Part shown: one piece after another, positions 1 through 9,998 of the stretch | Layout: each line of letters opens with the position of its first letter | How positions within the stretch are numbered: position 1 is the first letter of the stretch | NCBI GenBank assembly: GCA_965246715.1 | Contig: CBDFFH010000021.1 | Span: forward strand, 142,558 to 206,557 | DNA: 64,000 nt | DNA from: Chamaesiphon sp. | Lineage (GTDB): Bacteria; Cyanobacteriota; Cyanobacteriia; Cyanobacteriales; Chamaesiphonaceae | Direction of reading: 5' to 3' | Notes under the pieces: model-generated | The model's database searches: none | What the model was told of the DNA's origin: nothing | What the model saw: the letters and a program-made list of their open reading frames with translations, nothing else | Made by a program: the position numbers and the translations under genes

Positions 1-1710
1 ACGGATGAGATGTTGAGAGGTCAAGGTTGTACCCTCGATACGATCTTGCCAGCAGGGGACGTTTGCTTCCTCCGGGCGACAGCCAATCTCAGCACGGGCG
101 GGATCGCCATCGATCGAACCGACGAGATTCACCCAGACAATGTCTGGTTAGCAGAGCGAGTTGCCGGGATTATCGGGCTAGATATCGCGGGGATCGATGT
201 GGTGACGACGGATATTAGCAAGCCGTTGCGCGAAGCGGATGGGGTCATCGTCGAAGTGAATGCCGCACCTGGGTTGCGGATGCATGTGGCACCGAGTCAA
301 GGTGTCGGTCGCAATGTGGCAGCGCCGATTCTAGAGATGTTGTTTCCCCCCGGTACGCCAACGCACATTCCGATCGTGGCAGTGACAGGAACTAATGGCA
401 AAACTACCACGACGCGACTGATCGCCCATATTTTCAGTCAGGTTTATCCGGCGGTAGGCTTTACGACTACAGACGGAATTTATATCGGTGAGCGTCTAGT
501 CGAGAAAGGCGATACTACCGGGCCGCAAAGCGCCCAGATGATCTTGCAAGATCCGACGATCGATATTGCCGTATTAGAGACGGCACGGGGAGGGATTTTG
601 CGAGCGGGTCTGGCATTCGATCGCTGTGATATTGGCATCGTCTTAAATGTGGCCGCAGATCATTTAGGATTGGGAGACATCGAGACGATCGACCAAATGG
701 CTAAAGTCAAAGCGACGATCGCTGAATCGGTGAGAGCGGATGGTTATGCCGTGCTCAATGCTGATGACGAGCGAGTTGCCGCTATGGCCGATCGGGTCGT
801 TAGCAAGGTGGCCTATTTCTCCATGGATGCGGAAAACCCGTTAATCCGCTCTCACGTTCGGAACGGGGGAATTGCCGCAGTTATCGATAATGACGGGTAC
901 TTGGTGATTTTACAGCAAGATTGGGTGCATCGCATCGAGAAAGCAGAGCGAGTACCACTGACATTGGGCGGTCGCGCACCGTTCATGATTGCCAATGCCC
1001 TCGCAGCCAGTCTGGGTGCATTCGTGCATGGAGTTAAAATCGAGCGAATTCGAGCGGCGCTATGCAGCTTCAAAGCCTCAGCGCAACAAACGCCAGGACG
1101 GATGAATTTATTCGATCTCGGTCGCTATCATGCGCTGGTAGATTATGCCCACAATCCCGCCGGATATGCAGCCGTCGGCAGCTTTGTCACCAACTGGGAT
1201 GGCCCAAAAATTGGGGTAATCGGCGGAGCTGGCGATCGCCGCGATGAAGATTTGGTCGCATTGGGTAGCCTCGCAGCAACTTTTTTTGATGAGATTATCG
1301 TCAAAGAAGATGACGATTTGCGCGATCGACCTTGGGGTGAGGCCGCAGAGTTAATCGTCCAAGGGATCGAGCGAGTTGTCGAGACAGATCCGAACGTTTC
1401 AGTCACCCACTCGATCGTCCTCAATGAAGTTGAAGCAATCGAACAGGCGCTCAATAATGCCCCCGACAATGCTTTGGTAGTAATCTTGCCAGAAAAAATT
1501 AGTCAGGCGATCGCGATGATTATGTCCCGCAATCCGATTGTCGATCGTCCGGAAACTGCTGTAGCACCAGCAACGCGGCCAGAAAATCCCATCGCGATCG
1601 ACCGCCACGATTCGATCGAACATACGCTACCGGTGATTAATTATCCGCCGCAGCCGGAACAACTGCCAACTTTGAATAATTCGGAACGTCCAGGAGTGCA
1701 TTTCGGTTAA
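1..1710 (+). CDS. cphA: Cyanophycin synthetase, 5'-partial (gene starts before the window)
   Basis: End of the ATP-grasp domain (ANLSTGG, EVNAAPGLRMH) followed by a Mur-ligase-like domain (VTGTNGKTTTTRL, ETARGG, DYAHNP). Confidence 0.92.
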   Translation, partial: TDEMLRGQGCTLDTILPAGDVCFLRATANLSTGGIAIDRTDEIHPDNVWLAERVAGIIGLDIAGIDVVTTDISKPLREADGVIVEVNAAPGLRMHVAPSQGVGRNVAAPILEMLFPPGTPTHIPIVAVTGTNGKTTTTRLIAHIFSQVYPAVGFTTTDGIYIGERLVEKGDTTGPQSAQMILQDPTIDIAVLETARGGILRAGLAFDRCDIGIVLNVAADHLGLGDIETIDQMAKVKATIAESVRADGYAVLNADDERVAAMADRVVSKVAYFSMDAENPLIRSHVRNGGIAAVIDNDGYLVILQQDWVHRIEKAERVPLTLGGRAPFMIANALAASLGAFVHGVKIERIRAALCSFKASAQQTPGRMNLFDLGRYHALVDYAHNPAGYAAVGSFVTNWDGPKIGVIGGAGDRRDEDLVALGSLAATFFDEIIVKEDDDLRDRPWGEAAELIVQGIERVVETDPNVSVTHSIVLNEVEAIEQALNNAPDNALVVILPEKISQAIAMIMSRNPIVDRPETAVAPATRPENPIAIDRHDSIEHTLPVINYPPQPEQLPTLNNSERPGVHFG

Positions 1711-1741
1711 GCAGCAAAGCGGGTACATAAATTAAGTGAGT

Positions 1742-1778
1742 GATGGCGGGTGGACAATGACCACTCGCTATTTTTTTG
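1742..1778 (+). terminator. Probable intrinsic terminator after cphA
   Basis: Stem TGGCGGGTGG/CCACTCGCTA followed by a T8 run. Confidence 0.6.
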
Positions 1779-1887
1779 AGCCAAGCGAATTTCGATCGCG
1801 ATTGTACCATTTTGGATTTTGGATTGGGAAAGCCTTGCTGTCTGTGGAGTCTACAAACCTATCTGTCGCCCTTATTTGTTAAATAAC

Positions 1888-2275
1888 GTGAGTTCGGGTT
1901 AAGGATATTTGCTTCGCTCAAGCACCGCACTCGATTGTGTCTTGTCGCACTAAACCCTCGGCAAAGCCGAGGAGCGCGCGCCGCAAATCGGTGCTAATAG
2001 TGCAAAGTCCGGTTGTTGCCGCGAGCGGCAAAAGCCTGCCTTCGAGGACTAGATAATTAGTCCGCGAAGCGAAAAGTGCATTTGGTCGGCTAGCCTTTTG
2101 GTCGGCTCGCCGACCATTAGACCAGTAGGTCTTGGGGTTTCCCCAAGTAGAGCACCTTTTCAAGACAGCGACGCGCGCTCCTCGGGTTCCCCGAGGGTTT
2201 AGCGCGTCAAGACAGGCGGACTTTGCATCATGAGCCGAGACTTCAGTCTCCAGGCTATTCTTATCCCGAACTCAC
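1888..2275. repeat. MITE-like composite element of cyanobacterial small dispersed repeats
   Basis: Terminal inverted repeats GTGAGTTCGGGTTAAG (1888) and CTTATCCCGAACTCAC (2260-2275) match at 15/16; the interior is non-coding and GC-rich. Confidence 0.6.
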
Positions 2276-2396
2276 TGTGGTTTTGCTGATGAGTTATCGC
2301 GTAATCAATCAATTCATGCACAAACTCAAACAGTAGTAGTTCAAATTTGTAGATAACTCTGAATGTCCAAATTTTCAAGATCGAGCCAACTAAAAC

Positions 2397-3245
2397 ATGA
2401 ATAAATATCTCGATCCTTCAACGTCGATCGGGATCGAGCTAACAGGACTCGATCTCAACACGCTCAGTGACGATCGCATCGCCGAGCTGAAGTATTTACT
2501 AGCACACAAGGGTGTTGTGGTTGTGCGCAAGCAGTCACTAAGCGATACCGAGTTTGTCGCCTTGCTCGGGCGGCTAGGCTCCCTAGCATTTACCGCCGGC
2601 GAACAACCCGTTGTAGAACAGCAGTGGTTAAACCTCGTCAGCAATGTGGGGCGGAAGTCTCCACCTCGCAGCGTTTTTCATACCGATACGAGTTATATTG
2701 CCAATCCCCCAGCTTATACTGCGCTCAAGGCAGTGACGCTACCACGATACGGTGGCGAAACGCTATTTTCTAATCAATACCTAGCCTTTGACACATTGCC
2801 AATTAGCATCAAACAACGGTTGGCAGATGCAACAGTGTTACATGTAGCTTCTGGGGTCGAGCCAGCTAACGGGGAAACTCAATCTTGGCATCCGTTATTT
2901 CGGCAACATCCAATTTCAGGGAAGATTGCGCTATTCTTATCGACACCAGAACGGTGTCAGCGGATCGACGGACTAGATCTCACCCAGAGCCAGCGGGCGA
3001 TCCGGTTGCTTTACCAACATTCGATTCGTCCCCATCGACTGTATCGCCATCATTGGCAACAGGGCGACATTGTAATTTGGGACAATCGCTGCACGATGCA
3101 TCGTGCGGATCATTCACAAGTGGTGGGCGATCGCGTCCTGCATCGCGGTCTCGTCGCTGGTGAAGCGCCACTAACTGCTGTGCTACTCTCGGGTAGCACA
3201 GCAGTTAGCCTTAGTTTGCAGCAGGATCTAGACCTCAATTGGTGA
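2397..3245 (+). CDS. TauD/TfdA family Fe(II)/2-oxoglutarate dioxygenase
   Basis: FHTDTSY (HxD), GGETLF, WDNRCTMHRA, R-x-L-H-R motifs. Confidence 0.9.
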   Translation: MNKYLDPSTSIGIELTGLDLNTLSDDRIAELKYLLAHKGVVVVRKQSLSDTEFVALLGRLGSLAFTAGEQPVVEQQWLNLVSNVGRKSPPRSVFHTDTSYIANPPAYTALKAVTLPRYGGETLFSNQYLAFDTLPISIKQRLADATVLHVASGVEPANGETQSWHPLFRQHPISGKIALFLSTPERCQRIDGLDLTQSQRAIRLLYQHSIRPHRLYRHHWQQGDIVIWDNRCTMHRADHSQVVGDRVLHRGLVAGEAPLTAVLLSGSTAVSLSLQQDLDLNW

Positions 3246-3424
3246 TAGTGCAAATCTTTAAAGAAGTGAAGCTACCTTTCTAAGAACCTATTGGACACAC
3301 AGCAAAAGTCACTGAATATCTGTCTGTCTAACGTTGCCCATCACCCGCCACAAATCGGTATCATAACCGATCGACTCTCGGCGGTCAGTCAGTGTGCATG
3401 AGCGTTGTGATACTGTGCGCCCCG

Positions 3425-3745
3425 CTAAAAACGTCTTTCAGGGTAAAAGATAAATAGTGTGCAGCCTATCTTCGATTGGGGAATGTGGCCAGAACCGATG
3501 GGATGATGAATAAATGTTCCCGCTGGATAGTCCCGAGTACCATCATTAAAAACTCCATCCATCACCAAAACTTCCTCTGAAGTGTCTTGGTGGAAGTCAA
3601 CGCCTTCCCATTGAGCACCAGGTTCAATTTTAACAATTACTGCTTGTGCGCCATTCTCACCTTGCCATAACTGACGAGCACTAATCCCATTGAAAATTGC
3701 TCGAACAGGGCTATCCTGTCCGTTCGACCATACGATTGCACTCAT
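3425..3745 (-). CDS. Cupin domain protein (ChrR-like cupin)
   Basis: EEVLVMDGVFND...YPAGTFIHHP..SGHIPQS..GC motif; divergent from LysR. Confidence 0.8.
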   Translation of the reverse strand: MSAIVWSNGQDSPVRAIFNGISARQLWQGENGAQAVIVKIEPGAQWEGVDFHQDTSEEVLVMDGVFNDGTRDYPAGTFIHHPIGSGHIPQSKIGCTLFIFYPERRF

Positions 3746-3843
3746 CGAAATATTCTCCTTTTAGTTCATAACTGAAGCTTAAACTGCTAAAATCTATTTG
3801 TCAAAGTGAACTTATCGAACTTTCAATTCATTTTTACTGATAT

Positions 3844-4791
3844 ATGGAATTTCGACATCTGCAAACCTTTCAATCGATCGCGCAGGAAGGCAGCTTTCTG
3901 AAAGCAGCTGAGAAACTCCAGTACGCACAATCCACGATTACGCTACATATTCAGCAGCTAGAAGCGGAACTAGGCATAAAACTGTTCTCTCGTCGTGGTA
4001 AACGCACAGAATTAACTATTGCGGGGAGAACCCTGATAGCTCATGCCGATCGATTGCTACATCGTGCAGCAAACTTACAGCAAACTATGACCGATCTGGT
4101 TGCTGGCGAAGCTGGACATTTACGTATTGCTTCGATCGAACCCGTTGCCAGTATTTATCTGCCTGCCATCTTGGTACAGTTCTGTCAGAACCATCCTAAA
4201 GTGAGAATAACGCTTGAAGTAGGTGTGACTCAATCGATTAGTCAGCGCGTTGCTGTTGGGTCGATCGATCTAGCGATTTGCTCACCACCAAGCGCAAATC
4301 TAGACTTAACCTTTGAGTTGTTATTTCACGATCCGATCGCACTGCTAATTCCAGATACGCACCCACTCGCTACATTAGATGAGATTTCGGCACCTTTATT
4401 AGCCAAAGAGCGTTTAATTCTAACAGAGGAACATTGCCCATATCGCAATATTTTTGAGAAGGCATTACTTTCTGAAGATATTAACCCTTTCTCCGGTCTT
4501 GAAGTGATGAGCTTAGAAGCACTAAAAGAAATGGTGCGATGTGGATTGGGTATTGGTGTAATCCCTGCGGCTGCGGTTGCATCTCCTCCCCCAAACACGA
4601 TCGCTCGAAGCATTTCAGGACTAGATCTGAAATTACCGGTTGGTATCGTTTTCCAGTCAGAAGTAAGTTTTCCCGGCTCAGCCTTACACACACTAATTTC
4701 AGATTTGAAAGCTGGATCGAACAATGCTTATTTGAGTACAACTGAGAGATCGACTTCAAATACTTCTGTTCCGACAGATCGAGCAGTATAA
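3844..4791 (+). CDS. LysR family transcriptional regulator
   Basis: N-terminal HTH (SFLKAAEKLQYAQSTITLHIQQLEAELG) plus substrate-binding domain. Confidence 0.95.
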   Translation: MEFRHLQTFQSIAQEGSFLKAAEKLQYAQSTITLHIQQLEAELGIKLFSRRGKRTELTIAGRTLIAHADRLLHRAANLQQTMTDLVAGEAGHLRIASIEPVASIYLPAILVQFCQNHPKVRITLEVGVTQSISQRVAVGSIDLAICSPPSANLDLTFELLFHDPIALLIPDTHPLATLDEISAPLLAKERLILTEEHCPYRNIFEKALLSEDINPFSGLEVMSLEALKEMVRCGLGIGVIPAAAVASPPPNTIARSISGLDLKLPVGIVFQSEVSFPGSALHTLISDLKAGSNNAYLSTTERSTSNTSVPTDRAV

Positions 4792-4913
4792 TGTTCCCAA
4801 TTACCTGTCGCTAGCAACAGGTGATTCACCCACAACCCCAATACACTTTTGCCGTATTGAGATTGTGATGCCGCGAGCGATTTTTGCTAACTACCAGTTC
4901 GAGAAGCGAATCT

Positions 4914-5459
4914 TTAAACTGGCTCAAAGATCGTCCAATCTTCAACATTTACATCTTTTAAGATCGTTCCCGCTCGATCGAGTTCATCGTCCGTACCCTT
5001 AATGACGACTAAATACCCTCCTTGCGTCAAGCGATCGAGGTAAGGTTTGATGCGATCTGCGGAAATTTCATTCCGAATTCCAGCATTAATCAATCCGCCG
5101 GATAATGCTCCATAAAAAGCTCCAGTTGCTAGTCCCACGCCAGCGACAGCCAGCGAACCGAGTCCTGGTACCACCAAGGTTGCCAGCCCGCCCAGTAATA
5201 CGCCAGCAGCACCGCCCAAACTCCCGCCAGTAAAAGCACCCGTGCCGACTCGCTCGACACTTTGCTGACTCTCAAATTGAGTTTGAGACTGAACGACGGG
5301 TACGGATGTTTCGAGAGCTTTATCTTCTGGCTCGATATGCTTGGTGACGACAGAAACATTGTCGATCGGAAAATCTGCTGCTTGCAGTCGATCGAGTGCC
5401 GCTTGGGTGCGCTCGCGATCGGCAAATACACCAACCGCATTTTTGTGTTGTGCTGACAT
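4914..5459 (-). CDS. General-stress-protein-like membrane protein with a Gly-zipper
   Basis: AVGVF..R..AL..L..A.F N-terminus, a Gly-rich hydrophobic core and a Y..RL..GGYLV.I.G C-terminus. Confidence 0.7.
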   Translation of the reverse strand: MSAQHKNAVGVFADRERTQAALDRLQAADFPIDNVSVVTKHIEPEDKALETSVPVVQSQTQFESQQSVERVGTGAFTGGSLGGAAGVLLGGLATLVVPGLGSLAVAGVGLATGAFYGALSGGLINAGIRNEISADRIKPYLDRLTQGGYLVVIKGTDDELDRAGTILKDVNVEDWTIFEPV

Positions 5460-5891
5460 CTTTCAAGTTCCTAGATTGTAGGTTTATGTAAGCTCGATAT
5501 TTTATGCCACAAAATATCGAGCTATTTCTGTGGACGAATAGTTGGCAGCATGGAGAAACAACCGATCGCGAACAATCTAGATTCAGGCATATTTAGATTG
5601 GTGGTGAAGGCGGCAAGGAAATCGCTCGTGCTGATGACTTTGCTAGCCCTTATTAAAATATCGTTACATGTGGATGATTGAAATCTTGTCTAGTTAAGCG
5701 ATTGAATTGTATAAGAATTACAAAACGGTGGTTAAAATTTCGCTCGATCGTCGCTGTTGCACTTGGATCGTTGTTTCAATACACCTTTAGCAGCTACCTA
5801 CTGAAATGCCACCGATTAAAACCGCTGAGGTTATCGGTAGCAACTTGGGTTACTAGTGAATGGAGATATCAAAAGTATTGAGATAGTTTTC

Positions 5892-5905
5892 GTAGCTAAA
5901 CATAC
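5892..5905 (+). promoter_or_regulatory. Possible NtcA site upstream of the GAF-LuxR regulator
   Basis: GTA-GCTAAACA-TAC fits GTA-N8-TAC; the -10 spacing is not canonical. Confidence 0.45.
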
Positions 5906-5972
5906 AGCCAAATACAGCCGATCGCAGCTTAGATAGATTTAAGTAATCGATCGATAGCTGGACTAATTACCA

Positions 5973-7379
5973 GTGGCTGAATCTGTGTTTGAAATGAGAG
6001 GCGATCCGCGCTTACTGGTCGATTTACAGCAGGTAAATGCGATCGCGCAGAGTTTTAGTGGCTGTCTGGAACCAGCCGAGATCGCGCGGCAAGTTACGGA
6101 TGGACTAGTTGAAAAATTTGGCTGCGTATTTGCGCGGATTTGGTTGATGGAACCCGAGCGCACGATGCTCAAACTAGTGGCATCAGCGGGTTTGTATCAA
6201 CGCACGGATGGCTTTTTTGCCAAAGTGCCAGTGGGAGCGTTTAAGGTTGGGAAAATTGCCCAAAACCAAATTCCATTTCTGAGCAATCAATTAGCAGCGG
6301 AAACCTGGGTGTTGGATCGCGATTGGGCGATCTCGAATGGGATTAAGGGTTTTGCGGGCTATCCATTAATCGCGAATGGTGATTCGATCGGGGTATTGGC
6401 AGTTTTCAGCCAGACGGAAATGTTGCCCGAATTTCTGGAAATATTGCAGAGTTTGTGTACCGCCACAACGATCCGGTTAGCCGCAGCCTTGCGTTATCAG
6501 CAACAACGCCAAGCGTGGCAATCGCAGGTTGCGAGTAGTGCCGATCGAATCCAGCTATCGGAGCAGCTAGCCAAGATCTTAAGTCAGACTCAATTGATGT
6601 CGATCGGTACCGAGCGAGCGCTTTCGACACCGATCCACAACCTGTTGCTCAGAACGGCTGAAATCTTGAGCCAATTTCCTTGCCTACACAGTCGGTTGAA
6701 TTATCTCGATCGAGAGCGGCTATCCTTAGAAGTTGTGATTGCTGGCGATCTGAACGATGCGATCCTCTGTAATGCTTTTAGTGCCGTGAGATTGGAAGCG
6801 ATGTGTCTGGGTGGCACGCTGGAAATTCAACCACAAGCCGAACGGCGAATGTTGCGAGCGAGCTTGATGGTGACATCCATGCCTAATGGTGGTGGACGGG
6901 TGAACCTGCGGTGTCGTGATTCGGTTTTGCAAATGGCTTTTGCTCATTTAATCGAATTGGCAGGATTAGCGGTTGCCCCGATCGTCGATCCAGATTTACC
7001 ATTACTGACAGACGATCGAGCGCTAGTTACAAGTAATTCAAATCTACTCTGGATCGAACTGCATGGAACAGTTCCAGCTCAGGCACGAGGCAAAATAGAT
7101 TTATCGATCGACCCTAGCAAATTGCGATCGGCGGTTGAAGCAGTGATGCGGGGGGAAGAGTGGGAGATCGATCGAACGGAGGAGTCTTCACCGTTATCCG
7201 ATCGAGAGAGGGAGATTATGCAACTTTTAGCGAAGGGTTTACGCGATCGAGATATTGCCAGTCGGTTGATTGTAAGCGAAAGTACCGTGAAGTTTCACAT
7301 TAATAATATTCTGGCTAAAGTCAAGGCAAAAACTCGATTTCAAGCTTTGTATCTGGTGATGATGAAGGGGTCGATTTAG
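5973..7379 (+). CDS. GAF plus LuxR-HTH transcriptional regulator, probably controlling the Nit1C cluster
   Basis: N-terminal GAF (FAGYPLI...IGVLAVFS) and C-terminal LSDREREIMQLLAKG...SESTVKFHINNIL. Confidence 0.88.
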   Translation: MAESVFEMRGDPRLLVDLQQVNAIAQSFSGCLEPAEIARQVTDGLVEKFGCVFARIWLMEPERTMLKLVASAGLYQRTDGFFAKVPVGAFKVGKIAQNQIPFLSNQLAAETWVLDRDWAISNGIKGFAGYPLIANGDSIGVLAVFSQTEMLPEFLEILQSLCTATTIRLAAALRYQQQRQAWQSQVASSADRIQLSEQLAKILSQTQLMSIGTERALSTPIHNLLLRTAEILSQFPCLHSRLNYLDRERLSLEVVIAGDLNDAILCNAFSAVRLEAMCLGGTLEIQPQAERRMLRASLMVTSMPNGGGRVNLRCRDSVLQMAFAHLIELAGLAVAPIVDPDLPLLTDDRALVTSNSNLLWIELHGTVPAQARGKIDLSIDPSKLRSAVEAVMRGEEWEIDRTEESSPLSDREREIMQLLAKGLRDRDIASRLIVSESTVKFHINNILAKVKAKTRFQALYLVMMKGSI

Positions 7380-7405
7380 TCGATTGTTTTCTGTCTTGTT
7401 GAAAC

Positions 7406-7511
7406 TATAGCAGTTCTCATCCTAGTAAAGGGCATTATTAGTGGTTTTAGTGGCTAGTGACTAGTGGCTAGTGGCTAGTGAATGTACCTCCTTCGATTGG
7501 GAACAGCTATA
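7406..7511. repeat. Small MITE-like element enclosing a (TAGTGGC)n heptamer array
   Basis: Imperfect terminal inverted repeats TATAGCAGTTCTCA / TGGGAACAGCTATA; internal TAGTGGCTAGTGACTAGTGGC...; the same heptamer is reversed at ~16488 and ~31060. Confidence 0.55.
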
Positions 7512-7600
7512 TCGATTTCGACAGGGGGCAAGGCTCGATCGAGTCTTAATACCCGATTAACTCCACGATCGATCGACAAATCACTAAAGTTAAAGCTTCA

Positions 7601-7642
7601 GTAGTCAGAAATACAAAATTAACTTTGTTCCAATTCTAGTGT
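7601..7642 (+). promoter_or_regulatory. NtcA-activated (class II) promoter
   Basis: GTA-GTCAGAAA-TAC, then exactly 22 nt, then TAGTGT (TAN3T). Confidence 0.8.
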
Positions 7643-7658
7643 GACTTAATCGTTTCTA

Positions 7659-8951
7659 GTGGATAAGTTTATGAATAATTACTATCCGGTCATTATTGTT
7701 GGTGGCGGACAAGCAGGGCTATCGATGAGTTACTGTCTGAAAGAACGCGGTATCGACCATATCATCTTTGAGAAAAATAGCATCGGGCATGAATGGCGAT
7801 CGCGCCGCTGGGATACATTTTGTTTGGTGACTCCAAACTGGCAATGTCAACTTCCGGGCTATCCCTATCCTGGTAACGATCCTGATGGATTTATGCGCAA
7901 AGACGAGATCGTCGAATATCTCGAAGGCTATGCCACGATGTTTGCGCCACCGATAAAGGAAGGAGTAACTGTCACCAAAGTTTGTCAAATCGAGGCGGGT
8001 GGCTTCGCTGTGAGTACGAGTATCGGCGAATATACTAGCGATCGAGTGGTAATTGCCGTCAGTGGATACCATCTCCCCAAGATTCCTCGGCTGGCGGAGC
8101 GGTTGCCGACATCGATACATCAACTGCATTCCTCCCAATACAAAAATCCTGAATCTTTGCCAGCAGGTGGGGTGTTAGTTGTGGGGACGGGACAGTCTGG
8201 CTGTCAGATTGCTGAAGATCTGCATCTAGCGGGGAAACAAGTACATTTAGCTGTCGGTGGCGCACCCAGATCGCCGCGTCAATATCGTGGTAAAGATGCA
8301 GTTGAATGGCTCGATCGGATGGGTTATTATAATCTGTCGATCGACGAACATCCCAAGAAAGAGACGGCGCGGAGTAATACCAATCACTATCTGACTGGAC
8401 GCGATGGCGGACGGGAGATTGACTTGCGGAAATTTGCGATCGAGGGGATGAAATTATATGGTCGATTGAAGTCGATTACTCCAGATAAGTTGGAGTTTCA
8501 AGCCGATTTACGGCAGAATCTCGATCGAGCTGATGCTGTCTCAGAAAATATCAAACAAAGTATCGATCGATTTATCGAAAAAGAAGGGATCGCTGCACCC
8601 ACAGAAGCACCTTATCAACCAGTTTGGCAACCAGAAACAGAGATTACCGAATTAGATTATTTTGCGGCAAACATTCAAACGGTAATTTGGTCTACAGGTT
8701 TTCAAACTGATTTTAGTTGGGTCGATTTACCAGTTTTTAATGGTAGTGGCTATCCCCATCACGATCGTGGGGTTACTAGTTTGCGCGGTTGCTATTTCAT
8801 TGGATTGACGTGGCTATATACCTGGGGTTCTGGTCGATTTTCTGGTGTCGCTCGCGATGCTAATTATCTCGCCGACCAGATCGGCATGATGCAAAAGGCT
8901 GCTTCGACAAGTGCTTGGAGTATTGTAAATGAATTTCTGTTGGGTTCGTAA
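7659..8951 (+). CDS. nitH: MSMEG_0569 family flavin-dependent oxidoreductase (Nit1C cluster); ATG at 7671 is the likely start
   Basis: GGGQAG, RWDTFCLVTPNWQC, HSSQY and VGTGQSGCQIAEDL motifs; cluster context. Confidence 0.88.
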   Translation: MDKFMNNYYPVIIVGGGQAGLSMSYCLKERGIDHIIFEKNSIGHEWRSRRWDTFCLVTPNWQCQLPGYPYPGNDPDGFMRKDEIVEYLEGYATMFAPPIKEGVTVTKVCQIEAGGFAVSTSIGEYTSDRVVIAVSGYHLPKIPRLAERLPTSIHQLHSSQYKNPESLPAGGVLVVGTGQSGCQIAEDLHLAGKQVHLAVGGAPRSPRQYRGKDAVEWLDRMGYYNLSIDEHPKKETARSNTNHYLTGRDGGREIDLRKFAIEGMKLYGRLKSITPDKLEFQADLRQNLDRADAVSENIKQSIDRFIEKEGIAAPTEAPYQPVWQPETEITELDYFAANIQTVIWSTGFQTDFSWVDLPVFNGSGYPHHDRGVTSLRGCYFIGLTWLYTWGSGRFSGVARDANYLADQIGMMQKAASTSAWSIVNEFLLGS

Positions 8952-9068
8952 CGGTTGTTACTGCAGAATTAAAAACCTATCGATTTAGACAGGTGGAATA
9001 AAGATTGCTGGGCGATTTTTACTCGATCGATCTGGTGACCTAATCTAATCATTAGACTTCTGGACTCA

Positions 9069-9111
9069 GTATTGAGAGATACAAAATTCTCGATCGGGCT
9101 GACGATAATCT
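9069..9111 (+). promoter_or_regulatory. NtcA-activated promoter
   Basis: GTA-TTGAGAGA-TAC, 23 nt, TAATCT; shares CAGTA...ATACAAAATT with the 7601 promoter. Confidence 0.78.
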
Positions 9112-9147
9112 GTCGTTAATCTTAACAGCTTAAAGGAGCGTGATTCG

Positions 9148-9630
9148 ATGCCAGAAGTTACTAAACCCGCCCATCAAACTGGTGATTTCTTTGTTGATTA
9201 TGAGGAGAAGGTGTTCCCTGATGTGAAAGCCGAACCTGGGGAAAAAGCGTTGGTAACTTTTCATACTGTAGCGTTTGAAGGCTCGATCGGGTTTGTGAAT
9301 TTGTTGCAAGCGACGCGGATTCAACGGAAGGGGTTTGAGACTTCGATTTTGCTGTATGGGCCGGGGGTGACTTTGGGTGTGCAGCGGGGTTTTCCGAAGT
9401 TGGGGGATGAGGCGTTTCCGGGGCATCAAAATTTTAATAATCAGATTACGAAGTTTATGGCTGAGGGTGGGAAGGTTTATGCTTGTCGGTTTGCGTTGCA
9501 AGCGTTGTATGGGCATGGGGAGCCGTCGTTGATTCCGGGGATTCGGCCGATTAGTCCGTTGGATGTGTTGGATATTGTGTTGATGCATCGGAAGGAGGGG
9601 GCGTTGATTTTGGACACTTGGACTTTGTAG
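9148..9630 (+). CDS. nitB: MSMEG_0572/Sll0783 family nitrogen starvation response protein (DsrE-like)
   Basis: [32 protein letters not shown] and [20 protein letters not shown]. Confidence 0.92.
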   Translation: MPEVTKPAHQTGDFFVDYEEKVFPDVKAEPGEKALVTFHTVAFEGSIGFVNLLQATRIQRKGFETSILLYGPGVTLGVQRGFPKLGDEAFPGHQNFNNQITKFMAEGGKVYACRFALQALYGHGEPSLIPGIRPISPLDVLDIVLMHRKEGALILDTWTL

Positions 9631-9650
9631 TTCTTTATTGGTAGGTATTA

Positions 9651-9841
9651 TGGTGCTTTCCTAGGGATTGCTGGTGGGTGGAACCCGGATCTGGGGGTGC
9701 CGACCCCCAGACCCCCCGTTGAGGAGCGGGGTGCCGCCCCTCAAACTCCCCTGCACAAGGGTCGATCTGTGGGAAGCTTGGCGCGCTTCGCATTGGTGCG
9801 TTCTGTCAATTGTTGGCAGGAGATCGCAATTAAATGACTTT
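9651..9841 (+). repeat. ~190-bp GC-rich hairpin-containing dispersed element, copy 1
   Basis: Reverse complement of 11078-11265; core CGTTGAGGAGCGGRGTGCCGCCCCTCAAACTCCCCTGCACAAGGGT is near-identical. Confidence 0.9.
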
Positions 9842-9998
9842 GTTTGAGATCTGAATTGCTCTTAGTCCCCCCATTTAAGGGGTTGGGGGATTCCAACTTC
9901 AAAGGCAGTAATTCGATCTCGATCGATTCATCACAAAACTCGATCGATTTTAATTGGTAATTAGTTTGGGTTTAGAGATTTATGTGAGGTAAAGACTT

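Noticed and set aside
1918..2163. 81-aa ORF in the intergenic element
   Set aside because: Lies inside nested dispersed repeats
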